Origin: Podarcis filfolensis
Taxonomy: Eukaryota
Direction: 5' to 3' (one strand)
Assembly (NCBI GenBank): GCA_964270895.1
Contig: OZ185439.1
DNA length: 64,000 bases
Below the pieces are notes generated by a model, which was not told where the DNA came from, ran no database searches, and was given only the letters and a program-made list of their open reading frames with translations. Made by a program: the position numbers and the translations under genes. Shown piece by piece: positions 1 through 13,940 of this stretch; position 1 is the stretch's first letter; each line of letters starts with the position of its first letter.

Positions 1-3000
1 ACAAATCAGGATGAATGCTCAATAATGAACAGGTCATCTGGATCCAACTTTTATTTCAGTCCTCTTTCTAGAAGTCTATGAATCTATTTGAAAGGAAACT
101 GCTTCTTGAGGCAACATAAGCAGTTTTGAGCGGGGGCAGGGGGGACTTTCAGCTGCAAATTTACTTGCAAACTTGATCGCTTCCCTCATTTTTTCCCCAT
201 CCTAAGAATCAAATCAATGTAGGTTGTTTTTAGAAGAGAACCCAACTTGTTTTTCAGCTCTCACCCTTTCTAAGTTCATACGTCATTACTCAAGAGCTGG
301 CTTGAGTCTGTCCTTTTTAAGGAAAGCACACACAGAGGAATGCAGTACGTTAAGTGTTCTCTTGCTGTAATATGCATTTTGCAGTGTTTTTAAAAAATGA
401 CATTCAAATTACATTAATCACAGGCCACTAAAATAAGTTCATCAGCTGCTTCCCTCCAACTCACTGTGCGCAGACTTCCATCCAGAACAAATTGTTCACT
501 CCTGAACCACTCTCACAAAAATGGAGTTGGCAGTAGGGCTGGGCACACACGCCTCCATTCTGAAATGGATCTGGGCCCCAAAAACAGTTGTGGGGTGGGG
601 GAGAAAGCCCTAATGTTTTGTTAAAGTTTTAAACCCTAACCAAAAGGGGGCAAGGGAGAAAGGAGGCACTTTGTCTGCCCCCTCTCCCTCTGACCCCACT
701 GCAAGCCTCTTGGGATGTTGTTTGCCAGCACATTCCCCACAGGGAACATACTGGTGAAGGAGACCCCCGCAGCCAGCAGGACTGAGCCCTCTGCCCACTG
801 GGATTTAACCAAATCTGGTGCACATTCCTAGTTTGCAGTGTCCACTCTAGGCTTGGCTGATGTATCGATACATCACCCTGGACCAGTATGAGGGCCAAAG
901 CACGATGGCTGCTTCACCCAGTGGTATTTCGTGGGTGAAGCATCTGCCACTCCTGAGTACCTCTTCTCCTGTAAACACATTTTAACAATGGTGTGGGGGG
1001 AAGTCTTTAGGATCAGGGCTTCTGTTGGGTGCAGACTGGGGGATTCAGATGCTGGTTTGGGCCCCCAGTTGCCTAACCCCCCTGTAAAGGAATACTGGAT
1101 TATCTAAGGGCAAAGTACCCTCCCACACCCTAATTACCCACACTTCCAGCATGTCTGCCTGCAGCATTGGCATAATGAGTGATAGTGTTTTTGGGGCCAC
1201 CTCACTGTAGACATTTAAAAGCCATTACGGGGATTGCAAGTGGGCTGATTTTCTTATTTTACAGGGCTCTAGTACAGAACGTCTCAAATCACCTTCCCAG
1301 ACACGGTTGCCTGCCTACACACAGCAGTATATGAGATTGGGGTCAGGTAGGCACAGGTTTGGACACACTCCCACATGAAATGCAATCAAAGATGTTGTGA
1401 AAGCTAGACCCACCCACCCCTCAGTGTCTTAAACAGTTTCCCTGGTTTCCTTTTAACATATGGAAACCTATTCAAAACGTTAGGGACGCTGCGTGTGCCA
1501 ACCTTTTCAGAGAAGTGTCTCGCTCCAGACTGTGTGTGGGAGGGCTCAGCTGTAAAGTATTCCCCACATAAAAGCCTCTCTGCACATTGGAAGTTAACAC
1601 ATTAAGGAAAAGACATTGAATTTTGGGGTGCTTTCCAGGCATTGCTCCCTACTAAGCATTCTGAGCAGGCGCAACTCCAGGAACAGATTGCACCCAATTT
1701 ATATTTGGTATAACTGACTTTCTTTCAAGGAGCTCAGTGCGGAATTTCTGCTTCACAACAACAGTGCCAGGAAGGTTTCGCTAAGAGATATTGGACTTGC
1801 CCCTGCACAACCCCACAAGTTTCAGAGCCAAATGGGAATTGGAACCCAAGTTTCTCGTATCTAACCCAACATTCTGGCTCATAAACTTGTGACTATTTGC
1901 ATGGAGACTATTTTTTTCCCCTCTGCAGAAGTGTTTAGTCCTGGTTTTCCCCAGGTATTTCCCCATCTTCTGAACACTGGGGAAATGCCACATAGGCCTC
2001 TGTAGTTTCTTGTTTTGCAAACCTTTTGTCCACGAGAAACAAAACACGTTGGTCTCAAATGCAGAACCACTCCCAGAGACAGTGAAACCTCTGGCCTACA
2101 CAAACAGTAATTGAGGCTGAAAAATTGTTACTAGACTAGACTTGTGCTATTTTAGACTGCAGGTGATAATAAGGGACGGAGTATGTTTGAATGGTTTCTC
2201 CCACAACACACATACACATACACTGCACATTAGACACTAACCTGTAGAAGCAAAGGTTAGGCTAGAATCATTCTCCCAGATGTGCAAGATCTCTTGCGGC
2301 ATTGTGAAGAAAACAGTGCAAACATATGGCAGGAGAGCAGCAGGTGGAAGTATATTAGAACAGCGTAGCCGCTTTGACCATTTTTCTCACCTAACAACTT
2401 GTGGAAGGTAACTCTCTGCAAGAAGGAGTCTTTTATATCAACAGAGACGCCCTGCATTTCTTAGAATGGAATATTCCTTCCAAACCTAGTAATATGGGTT
2501 GTGTTTGTTTGGGATTTATGTCTTCTGAATGTACAGTGTAAAAAATAAATTAAAAAACCCACACACAATTTGATCTTTCTCTGCAAACACGATGGCTAAT
2601 AATATAAGCAAAGTTTTAAAATGTAAAGGTATTAAAATATTTTCATGATTCCTGAGTGAACCTGGGAGTCTGATGCCTTAGACAACCTTCTTGATTGTGA
2701 TAAATGGAGAAATTGGTGGCCCTGTCTGTATTGACAGCCTTTGTTATTCATGTATTCACAGCCTTTGAAAAGCCAGCATTCGGACTGGAGTTATCTCAGC
2801 TTTAGACAGCAATTTCCTGCTTTATGCAGACTGTTCAGAATAGAGTCCCAAACTTGAATTAGTGCAGGGGACTGAATTATAACATGCTGTCCTCAGAAGA
2901 ATGTGGCCTAGCTTGTTGGAAGAAGGGTCACTGACAAGGCAGAGCTGCTTACATGTCAGATTCTTTGCACTGACACATGTAGCAAAAACCTCTGCATGAC

Positions 3001-3369
3001 ATACGCCAACACCACGGTTACCGGTTTTCTCCAGTAGAGTGCGGGGGGGATTTATTCAGTTTTCCAAGATAAAGCTCTTTCAGTTCTTCCTAACTTCAAG
3101 AGTTGGAATGGAGGTGGCACAAAGCAGCAGGCAAGTGGCACGCTACCATGAAGGACTATAGCCACACCTGTCCATTTTCCCTTTCATTCCCTCCAACGTT
3201 TGACAGATGGAAACGAGGAACAGTCTTGCAGCACCCTTATTTGCAGAACAAGGAAGAGCCTAAGGCTCTTTTCCCCCACTCAGATTTTGCCGAAGACTTT
3301 CCATCACAATGCTGCATCCATTAACTCCGCAGCAGCCTGCCTGTCTTGCCCTAGCTTCAGAAGCAGGAT

Positions 3370-3432
3370 ATAATAATAATAATAATTTATTGTTTATACC
3401 CCGCCCATCTGGCTGAGATTCCCAGCCACTCT
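3370..3432 (-). mobile_element. Short L2 tail
   Basis: ataataataatttattgtttataccccgcccatctggctgag is the reverse complement of the 56435 element's end. Confidence 0.65.
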
Positions 3433-5099
3433 ATAGCTAACCAACTACAACAATTTCCTCTTAAAAACAAACAAACGTGAGAATGTTTAATCGCTCAGCG
3501 AAACTGGTTGTGCTCATTGCATAATAGCAGCAAGAGGAAAGATGTTGATCTTTCAGTATCATAATATGTTGGTTTGGAGACAGGAGATGGGAGTGGAAAT
3601 AACTGAGGCCCATCTATGTGTGGTTGCAAACATGTGCTCTAGAATCAAAATGCATCTGCCCAAGCTCTTCCCAGCACCACCTCAGGGTTTCAAGGGCAAA
3701 TCATGGGAGATATAAACAGCCTCCTGATCGTTTGTTGCTGTTTACGGAGAAGCGGCCTTGGAAGCTGCAGTTGTGAGCTGAAGAGGGGGCAGCTTAACCT
3801 TTCCTGCTCAAAATCACCGAGTTGTTGTCTTGCTCCCAGGGGGAAATATATGAAGTTCCCACATCTTTTCCTCTGCAGGGACCAGCAGCAGGAGGGGAAA
3901 GGATTAAGTACCCCTGCCCCAGCCTTTCCTCTGCTCACACAGCTGCTCTTCAGTTTTGCGTTAAAGTCAGCAAACTGCTCACAATATTCTTGTGAAGTAC
4001 TCAGTTTGGGTTTAAGTTGCAGGTGCCCAGGAGCAGGGTGGGAGACAGAGGGATGAAAGGCAAGGAACTCCAGTCAACATATATGTATGCGAGTAACAAC
4101 GTTTTAAATAAGCACCCCCAGCATCTCCCTCAAAGGCAAATTGCGGACTGTGGGTTGGTTCCAGACTGTTAGTTGAACCTAGGCCTCACTGGGACAGACC
4201 AGACATGACGCAAGGCCCATTGGTTTCAGTGGGAACTAAGTCTGACTAACTTAGTGTGCATTCCAACCCAAAGTTTTACCAATGACAACCATAACACAGA
4301 TACCATCTCTGATAAATTCTTGTTGGAATCCTATGCAATCACAGAGAAAGTAAATCTACTCCATACAAGAGAAACAGGGAACCTCTGGCCCTCTTTTGTT
4401 GCTGGACTTAACTGCCTCATCCTTGATCTCTGGCCACTCTGGCTGGGGTGATGGAGTCCAGCAACTTGGTTGCAGAGAACATGGAACAAGAACTCAACAT
4501 GGGGGTGCTGTCTTCAAGTTCATGTTCTGTAATGTTTGCTTCAATCTACATTGTGTCCTGACATCATTACAATGTGTGTTTTTGTCCCACCAAGCAGTTA
4601 TATAAAGTGAGGTGGGGGGATGCTCATTGTAATGTCAGGGTAGGTGTTCACTTGAACTAGAAGCTTGGGGGACACAATTCAAACTGCAGGGCCATCTTTG
4701 TATATTACATCCAGTTCTGCACTTAGTACAGCTTGCCGGCAAAGGAAGGAGAACAGGGGAACAGGAAAATATGTGAAGCTTTTATCACTTGCAAACAAGC
4801 AACTGTACCCTCTTGTCCTGTCACTGTCAGCTGAGTCAATAATTTGTCACAGCAAGCTTGGCTATCTGTGTGTGAGCAGACAGATTGGAGAATGAGTCTT
4901 TTTTCCTGCTTTGGTCAAAGGTTTTTGACTTATCAGAACTTGAAACTGTGCATTAAATAACAAGAATGAATTGATAACCTTCCACCAAAGAAACAGATGT
5001 CAGCTGCTACCCCCCCCCCAAAAAAAGTTACCAAACTTGCTTAACAAGCTTAGCTCCATTTTACAGGTGGTTCTCAAATATCAAGGACATTTCTTTTTA

Positions 5100-5107
5100 T
5101 TATTATT

Positions 5108-5141
<34 letters not shown>

Positions 5142-5445
5142 TCATAAAATCTCAGGACGATTCACAGAATAAAATACAGGATAAAAACAAGTAGATAAGT
5201 AAAAACAAAACGGCAAAACAGTAACTCCCCCTTCCCACAGACACATTTAAATGGCTGTAGAATATTAATCAGCCAAAGGCCTATTTGAAGGGGAACATTT
5301 TCACCTGGCACCTAAAAATATATAATGAAGGAGCCAGGCGAACCTCCCTGGGGAGAGCATTCCACAAATGGGGAGCCATTACAGAGAAGGCCCATTCTCA
5401 TGTTGCCACCCTCCAGACTACACGTGGAAGGGCCTCAGATGATGG
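5100..5445 (-). mobile_element. L2 LINE 3' fragment
   Basis: (AAT)n followed by gagagcattccacaaatggggagcc...acagagaaggcc, the reverse of the L2 3' region. Confidence 0.7.
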
Positions 5446-6878
5446 AGGCAGAGTATTGCCATCCTGAGCCGTCACTTCAAACATAAAATTAAAATTTCCA
5501 AATAGTATAGAAACATCCCCTACACACAAGTCAGCAACAAGCATCAGAAAACAGCAATGACTGTAGTGAAGAACTTGAAATAAAGATGTTCCTAAGGAGC
5601 AATCATGTGAGCTGAAATACACATGTGAGAGAGGCAACAGCCCACACTTACCCTCTCTAAATGGCAGAATCCCACACAGAAGTGGGAACATCTGCAGGGA
5701 ACATTTAGACAAGCAAGATGATGTGATTATATCCCATACCACTTCTGCTTCCACTTGGGAACAGTTGTGGGTTCCTAGCCACATAGAAGCTGTAAGGGCA
5801 TATATGAACTAGGCCTAAATCAAGGGGGTGGGGAACTACACCAGTCTGTTGTTTTTTTAAGGTTAAAGTCATAGCATAACTGGACATAGGTCGTTTGTCT
5901 CCCAAACTAAACAGGCATTCTGAACATCATGAAACCCAGTGCACATAGCCTTCTCCAACCTCATATTAATGTTCTATCAGTCATGCTTCCTTCGTGCTCC
6001 ACTCCCTTCTACTGTGATGAGTTCCAGACCTCTGAACATATGTTGCCCCAGCTATTGATAATTCATCTGTCCTCAAGCGAGTTTAAGATCTTAGTAATTC
6101 TTCCATAGATCATAAGTTCTGCATTAACATGATGGATTCACTCAGCTAGGCATTAAAATGTAATGTATGATGGGGTTTTCTATAAAAATAAATGGTCATA
6201 TATTTTGCAAATGTTAGCTGCTCATCTCTGGCAATAAGATGGAGAGGGGGAAGAGAAGTGTTATATTCTGTTCTGCAGATTTAAGGAGATTCATCTACTT
6301 CTGTTCTAGTACTCAGCTGCTGTTAAAAGAGGTGGGAGAAAAATACACTATGTGACTGGTACACACTGTGGGCTGATACATAAAATATGTAGGATTTTCA
6401 AAGGGAACATTTCAACATTACCTTAACTATCTTCAAAGGCTGTGGCCTAATCACAAATGCACACTTGTATGAATCATGGATCCTGCAGCCACCACCCAAA
6501 TAGTTGGCTTGACCACCATAGCCTTGAAGGGAAAAAAACAAAAAACCCTACAGGATTTATTTGCGTATTATCAGACCCATGCACATTGTCTCTAGTGATT
6601 TAATTGACAGGTAGGGCACTTCCAAATGGCTGCTGTTTTTAGGTGGTATTCAATAGCATACTGGCACATTCAGGTTGCACAGTTAAAGCTGGCATGGAGA
6701 TTTTGTGTGACAAAACTGCTTTCCACAGAGATTGGACTTTTTGCAATAAGGAGAATGATGGGGAAATAAATATTGGAAAGTGTGGGATAAAGCTTGCTTG
6801 ATGCAAAGTCATCTAACCTCTTCACAAACAAATCAGGATGAATTCTGAATAGGCAAGTCATCTGTAAGGGGTCTTAGA

Positions 6879-6968
6879 TAAGGTTGCCATATTTAAAAAG
6901 GTGAAAATCTGGACACTAAAGTTGTTGAGCTTTCAGCTACTTCACTGCCCAGATGTATGGCAACCCTA
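6879..6968. mobile_element. Short MITE with TAGGGTTGCCA TIRs (hAT-Tip100-like)
   Basis: taaggttgcca ... tggcaacccta; flanks tcttaga / ccttaga are TSD-like. Confidence 0.65.
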
Positions 6969-8467
6969 CCTTAGATATTACCTCTCAAACAAGAAGATGA
7001 GGTGATGCTGAGGCAATGCAGTTAGACATGATCTACTGCCTGCCACACTATGTATTTTCATGCATATTTTTCTTGGACAGCTAGGATTTTCCCACTGCAG
7101 TCCAAAGGCAAAAATATGAAAACAGAACCCTCTTGCATACAATAATTATATTAAAGTCTTTGCACAATAAATTCAGTTATCTTCTGCTTTCTGGCACTAC
7201 AACAACTTTGAGAGAATGAATCACAGTCAGTAAAAATAAAATTTCCCTTGGTGGTCTTGTGGCTTTGACCATAGGACAAGCAGGGAGACAGAGAAATCCT
7301 CATTCACTGACAGATGGAGAGTCAAGGGAAGCATAGAGGATGAGGGGTCTGGAGAATGGAGAGCATTTGACCTTGTCAAGCAATGGTACTGTACACAGTG
7401 CTAGGCAATTTGGTACAGATTGTTCACGAATTATACATGTCTACTGTACTGTTGGCAAGCTGTGTATGTTGTCTGTACGATGAAATGTTCAGATTAAACT
7501 CAGAGTTGAGGGTGTACACCAGATCCTTCCAGCCTAAGTCTGCAATTCTAAGCCCATTTATAAACCCCATTGAATTCAATAGGACTTCTGAGTAGACCAG
7601 GGTAAACTGCATTGGTACTAACTACATGGGAAGTTACTTGGGTGGGAAGGGATTACTCTGGGAATCCTACGCCTGCTTAGAATTAAGTTCCATTGATTCT
7701 TAACATTTTCACAAAGATTCCAGGAACAAAGATCCATATTCCTCTTAGAAGGAAGTCCATATTCCTTACTCTAATTCCGTGCAGACTAAGAGGGAAATGT
7801 AAACACAAATTATTACACAGAACAAAGACTGCAACTCTAAACTAGAAGTTTTGTCTTACTTACATCAAGCTTGGTTCACACATGCATGGTTACTATGTGA
7901 TGGCTGACCCAAGTATGGGCTTGCATGTGGAAGTGGAGTGGTCTAACACTACAGACAGAAGCAGAAAATTATTTACATTTGCAGGCCTCCTCAGGCGTTA
8001 AAAATGTGTACAATGAACACATACAGAAGGGGCCAAGCATGCAGGAGGGTCTAATGAAACACACAGGTTATGGCAGTGCCACTACTACTATGCAGTCACT
8101 GTACCTGCTTTGAACACCTTGTGGTTGTTAATATTATCATCATCATTATTTATATATCTCCTTTTGCCCAGACCAGGACTCAAATCTTACATGGCCTGCA
8201 ACCAAGAAAAATCACATCACCTGTAGAAAAATGTAGTTATCTGCGTATGTAAATACGTGGTGCAGGCCTAACTTCCAAGTAAACTGTGGTTAAGATCTGC
8301 TGGTATGAATTTCTGAGCTATATGTTAGTATGAAACTCAAAAGCTTAGTCTATTTTGGCTGGTGGTTGTCAAAGTGATACCAGTTATCTGATGATTAGAT
8401 TCTAACCCTGAGAAGAAGTCATTCACATTCCCTTTTTTTTATTCTTTTCCTTGTCTTTCCAACGCAG

Positions 8468-8596
8468 AGGACATATATCTTTACCTTCCTACTGAGTTCC
8501 CGAGTCTTCATTCACCCCCATGAACTCCTAGCTAAAGTGGGGCAAATCTGCCTTAAACAGAAGCAGCAACTGGAGACTGGAGTCGACGCAGACAAG
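8468..8596 (+). CDS. RASGEF1A: RasGEF domain family member 1A, first coding exon in window (REM/N-terminal domain); upstream coding exon is outside the window
   Basis: cag|AGG...AAG|gtatgt; 129 nt, phase 0/0; RTYIFTFLLSSRVFIHPHELLAKVGQICLKQKQQLETGVDADK resembles the recalled RASGEF1A REM domain. Confidence 0.93.
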
Positions 8597-9260
8597 GTAT
8601 GTGGAATACAAAGCTTCTCACTGGTTTAGAAGCAATGTATTTTTTCTTCTCCTCTCCCTGAAATCTCTACATCCTCTTGTCAAACAGGTTCTCCCAGCTA
8701 ACAGATGCAATCTCCTAGTCACCTTTTGCTAACCTATTCGTTTTTGCACGTGCTGTATATACTCCGTAATACGAACTTTACTGCCAGTTGTACTTACTGA
8801 AACTGACACAGTGTTATTGCTGTGGGTCGGAGAACTGAATCTCATAGCTGTTTTCGTGCGCTGAGCAACCGCCTTGGCTGTTTTGCACAGCAATGCTGGC
8901 AGGGTAATTGCATTTACATCGTGATAAGCACGGCTGTGTAAGTCCTCCTTGAAACAAACACCTGTAAATTTCACCTTAGCAGCCATTACTGAACGTACCT
9001 AGGCATCATCTGAGTCAAATGTTAAAACAAACAAAGCATTATCTGTGTGAGACTTTACAGAGACAGCCTCATGTGCAAGGTACCTACAATTGCAGCATTC
9101 TCAGGCAATAGATTCTGGGCATGCTAATGCTACACATGTAGGAAACACACTGCAATTTATACCTAGCAACAGCCATTAATTTATCTTATGTCAGACTGTT
9201 GCTAAAGATCAGGAGTGGGACCTGTTAGAAAAATGGTCGGGGGGTTGGGAGAGTTGCTAG

Positions 9261-9413
9261 ACTGGGATAGCTCAGTCAGTAGAGCATGAGACTCTTAATC
9301 TTGGGGTCATGGGTTCAAGCCCCACATTGGGCAGAATATTCCCGTATTGCAGTGGGTTAGACTACATGAACCCTCGTGGTCCCTTCCAACTCTACAATTC
9401 TCTGATTCTATGA
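9261..9413 (+). mobile_element. tRNA-Lys(CTT)-headed SINE with CR1-type 3' tail
   Basis: 9261-9333 closely follows tRNA-Lys-CTT (anticodon CTT at 9294-9296) with CpG decay and a broken acceptor stem, followed by ...gtggtcccttccaactctacaattctctgattctatga. Confidence 0.85.
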
Positions 9414-10596
9414 ACTAAGCATTGATTCTACCTACTATAACTCCAGGTTCCACTTACCATTCACTGTCCTGCCTCGCCCCTCACCAAGCCCATTGGGCAC
9501 CACTGTCCCTAAACAAATAAGTTGCTTTAACAAGCCCAGGATACATATACATTGGGACTGATCCTCATTAAACCATGTATAATGAATCAATCCCTTGCTT
9601 TCTCCATGCTTCTGGGCATCCCCACCAGAAGAGAATGGCTAAGGATAGAAGAGTGATGCACTGGAGTCTAGACTCTAGGAGTCCTATCTCCTCTGTCCTT
9701 TAAAAGCTTGCAAATATTTATTTTCAGGACAATATTAGAAGTCTTTCTTGTGTCACACTGTCATATTCCAGAGACATTAACTCTTACATAGTAAGAGGAA
9801 ATGGTTATGTATCAAGATTCTGGTTTCCTCTTCTCAAATGTTGGAGACTGCATTGTTTATTGCGTCTGTTGAGCTTTCTTCAGCAGAACACTTCTTGTTT
9901 TAATTTTGTCCATGATCTGCTAAGGAATCGTGAGTTCTGAAAAGTCATAGTGCTGCCAGTCAAAGCTTACTACTGTGCAAAATAGATGAAACACACAAAC
10001 AGAGCTCTGATGCACTGTGATAAGGTACCTGTATAAACAACCTATGAAATCAAATACTGGTTGGGTGGCGTGTGAGCAGAAACCCTGGCAAGAAACCAGG
10101 CTTTGTGGTTATGTGCTTATACTTATCATTCCTTTATTAATGACATCACCAGCCACTAGCAAAATCTCACAGAAAATGTTCCAAGACACAAGCTGACAGA
10201 TTAAACACAAACTTTAGCCCTGCTCAGATCCACTTGGGAGGCTTTTGCTGCTTTATTTGACAAGGGAGAGGGGCTCGGTGTTTTAAAATACCACGTTTTC
10301 ATAAATATGTCAGAGGGCTGTTAACCCTGCCAAAAAGTAGCAAGTTAACTTTACAAGGCTATATAATAGGGAAAAGGGGGGAAATCAGATATTGCCCTCC
10401 TTAGGGAACTGCCAGAATCTAATATGTAGCTAGAATCCAGAAAATTGCTGAAAAGGTAGAACTATTTAGGACCTGAATGCATGATAGCTGTCAACACTGC
10501 CCACCCCCCCCTACCAGTAAAGCAAATGAGTGCTGTTTCATTTCTTTAAGTTTTCCACTGCCAAAATTTTCCACTGGGTATGTGTCAAAAATAGCA

Positions 10597-10643
<47 letters not shown>
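10597..10643 (+). repeat. (ATT)n microsatellite
   Basis: direct read. Confidence 0.95.
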
Positions 10644-10644
<1 letters not shown>

Positions 10645-10691
10645 ATAAAAAACCACTCTCTTCTCTTTGAACAGTTCAGTTTGATTTATTG

Positions 10692-10830
10692 CATTGTTTC
10701 TCAAACTTGGGTCTCCAGCTGTTTATAAACTACAATTCCCATCATCACTGACCTCTGTGGTCCTGCTGGCTAGGGATGATAGGAGTTGTAGTCCAAAAAC
10801 AGCTGGAGACCCAAAGTTTGGGAAACATTG
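10692..10830. mobile_element. hAT-superfamily palindromic MITE
   Basis: long imperfect TIRs (cattgtttctcaaacttgggtctccagctg / cagctggagacccaaagtttgggaaacattg); perfect 8-bp TSD ATTTATTG. Confidence 0.88.
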
Positions 10831-12806
10831 ATTTATTGTGAAACTAACAAGCATCTCAACTGTGGGTGGGGAGGACTGATACTTTCCCAGAAGAACTACA
10901 GTAATTGCCTAAAATGGGGGGGGGGAGCCTGTGACCTTTCAGATCCCATCTACAGCTGCCATCACCCCTGGCCATTATGGGCCCTGCTGGTTGGAGATGA
11001 TGGGAGATGAGAGTCCAGCAATGTCTGGAAGTCCACATGTTCCCCTTCCCTAAACGCTTCACTGTATCTTGAATTTCTCCACCCTTTTTGTGGGGAGAGA
11101 AATTGGGGGAACCATTTCGCCAGATTTCTTTCAGGAGGAGGAGGAGTTCTCCAACTATTCCTTGCGGGTGTGGCTCATCATTAGCACAGCTTTTTTGTCT
11201 CTTCCCCCCGAATAGTGTTTGTTGCTGATGCTGCAGATGCAGCAACTGTGCTGGCAGCTTGGCCATCAATTTGCATCCCACCCAAAGCCCAGCGCCGCTC
11301 AAGGGTGGCTGGAGAGGGAAATGGTGGTCAACATGATAAATGGCAGAGAATTCTGCAAAATGGACTTCTTTGGGGGCGGGGGGAGAAAAATATGTATTCT
11401 GAGAAATTTTGGCTCAGTTCTAGTTTTCGTTCAATCATCAAGTGCACAGTAATCAAGCACAGTGAAATTAAAGGATATATATTCACATGTGAACCTGGTC
11501 TTTGGAATTTTAGTAGTAGGCAGGGAGGGTGATTGGCCATTATCCTGCTACCAACCCTTCAGAGACTGCTGCTTAAGTCCTCTGTTTCTCCTTCCACACA
11601 TCACTCTTTCCTTGTTAACCTTGGGGACAAATGTTAAAACACAGAGCCTAGCCCAGGACCTGCCAGTTTCCATTTTCTGCCCTGGATGCTGCATCTGCTG
11701 GGTGGTAGAATAGTTCTTCCTTGCAGTTCTTAAACAACCCTTTTCTTGAATTCCTATGTAATCTGGTTAGACATTAATATCGCAAGCAAGTGGCTAGGTC
11801 TCCAGCAGATTGTCTTTGGTGAGTTGTTAAGAATCAATAAAGAGCTGCTGGGTTATTTTTCTTAAAACAAAGAACAAAAAAAACCCCAAAGCCTGAAATA
11901 CTGGAGCCTAAGGATCACTTTCTTTATGTTAAGCAATCGCAAGGCATTTTCTTCTTTCTCTGAAAAGGGAACCTGTCTGCTTGACATCCCCTAGAGCTCT
12001 GTAAATTCCCAGGCAAGGGTGGAAATCACGGAAGGCATAACCCTTCCCTTGCTTGCTTGAAGTGGCCGTGGGTGGGGAGAAACTTAAAGCAACTGGCTGG
12101 AATGACAAACAAAGGAAATGGTTGCTCCCCCAAACTTTGCTGAGAGCATTATTTCTGCTCCTTCTCACAGCAAAACTTAAATCATTTTCTCTCGCTGAGA
12201 ACTTTAATTAAATGTCATTAGCTAATATACCCAAGCAGGGTGAAGAAAAGGTACAACAACAGAGCTATTAGGAGAAATGAATAAGATGCCCTGTGACCAA
12301 GGAGTATTTAGGAAGTCCCCACCCTCCAAAGCCTGGATGAAGCTCAAATGACTCAGTAATGAAGGAAATCTAAATTTCCATCTCCCTCCAAAAAAATGCT
12401 CCATTGGAATTTGCTGATACTAGACTCCAACCAATATGTAATGAAACTAGAAGAATGATCTTGCCCCGTGACACCTGATTACAACGTAGAAAGATGTGCA
12501 TGTTCCTTGTATAGTAAATGCACTGGATTTTGGGAAGTGCTGGAAATGACACTTGGTCCAATTCAAGGTGCCCAATGGCCATTTGCTGCAGGAATCACCA
12601 CCTATCTTAAATATTTACATTGGATTTAGGAACGAGTTAGACTGTTGGTCTATACAGCTCAGTAACTGGCAGCAGCACTCCAAGGTCTTAGGCAGAAGTC
12701 TTTCATAAGCCCTACCTGGAGATACCAGGTTGAACCCAAGATCTTTTACATGTCACGAATATGTTCTGCCACTGACCTATGTCCTTTCCCACTTTGCAAG
12801 CTTGTT

Positions 12807-12960
12807 CAAAGTGCTGGTTTTGATTTTCAGAACCCCAAAAGCCCTGGGCCCTCAGTATCTGAAGGAGCACCTCAGCACTTTATTCCTTCATATTCATTAT
12901 GATATTCAGAAGCAGCTCTGCTTAGGGCAATCTTTGGAAACCTGGAGTGCTTTCTCGTTG
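12807..12960 (+). mobile_element. Degenerate L2 ORF2 fragment
   Basis: FKVLVLIFRTPKALGPQYLKEHL resembles the 47295 L2 peptide. Confidence 0.5.
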
Positions 12961-13802
12961 TAACTCTCCCTGAGAAACCCACCTGGCAAAACCTTCTTTT
13001 GTTTTTGTTTTAAGAAAAAAAAACAGCTTTTCAGCTGCCAGAGAAGACAGTGCCTTTCCTTCACCATGCCTGCTTGTCTGTGTGTGTTTGTGGGGCGGTT
13101 TACTATGCATTTTAAATATCATGCATCAAATTGGCATGAAACCACATTTATTTTTATGTTGATATTTTGTAAGCTGCTATGAGGACTTGCAGCGCTGCGG
13201 GACGCATAAATAAATGCCACAATCCAGCCACAGTTAAAAGCGCCTTCGCTTCCTGTTGTTTTTAACGAGGAAGCTAAGCATACGCTTAAATCAACGTGCT
13301 TAACTTTGACTGGCTAATGTCTAAAACAAAATAAACCCAAGGGATGCATTGTCTGTATGGAAGAAGCTGGAGACAGAGCTTTCTGACAAAATGTGCTTTA
13401 AAGCCGTAGAGCAAGCCGCTAAAACTTTGCATCAAAGGTATCCCTTAATTTTTCCTTTCTTTTATGGCTGTTGTGTATGCACTTGAGACAGCTGAAAGAA
13501 CCAAGCTGCCCCCCCCCAAAAAACACACACCATACTGATGCAAAGCCTTGAGGATGCTGAGCTAAGCATTAGACACACCTGCTCTCTCTTTTTAATGCTC
13601 TCTATTTGGAAGAAAGACAGAAAGGGATTTGTAAGACCAGCTGAGACTTTAGCCTAACACAACTTATTTTTCCTTTTGTTTTCATATGCCACTGTTAATG
13701 ATTCAAAGATTTGGCACTTGGGGTGCCATCTGGTTACCCAGAAGTCACCGTCAAGGAAAGTCTCCTTGGCTCGTTGATTAACCACTCTGCATTCTTTCCT
13801 AG

Positions 13803-13940
13803 GCAAAGCTCAAGTCCTTTGCTGCCAAGATCATTCAGCTCCTGAAAGAATGGACAGAAACCTTCCCCTATGACTTCCAGGATGAAAAATCTATGAAAGA
13901 GCTGAAGGAAATTGCTCATAGGATCACACAGTGTGATGAG
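13803..13940 (+). CDS. RASGEF1A: RASGEF1A coding exon
   Basis: tag|GCA...GAG|gtaagg; 138 nt; AKLKSFAAKIIQLLKEWTETFPYDFQDEKSMKELKEIAHRITQCDE. Confidence 0.95.

Noticed and set aside
910-942. 11-bp perfect hairpin tgcttcaccca / tgggtgaagca
   Set aside because: It is too short for a pre-miRNA, and a few stems of this size are expected in 64 kb of MITE-rich DNA.
1-6863. Shared 16-mer acaaatcaggatgaat at 1-16 and near 6829-6844
   Set aside because: Similarity collapses beyond the core; it is not distinguishable from chance or a decayed repeat.
1-8467. RASGEF1A start-codon exon
   Set aside because: No stretch encoding the expected ...LISGSLEAL...DYYPD peptide was found; ctcatctctggc near 6221 continues as NK, so the exon lies upstream of the window.
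9261-9333. Functional tRNA-Lys(CTT) gene
   Set aside because: The acceptor stem is disrupted, the D and T arms show CpG decay, and it runs directly into a CR1 tail; it is a SINE head.
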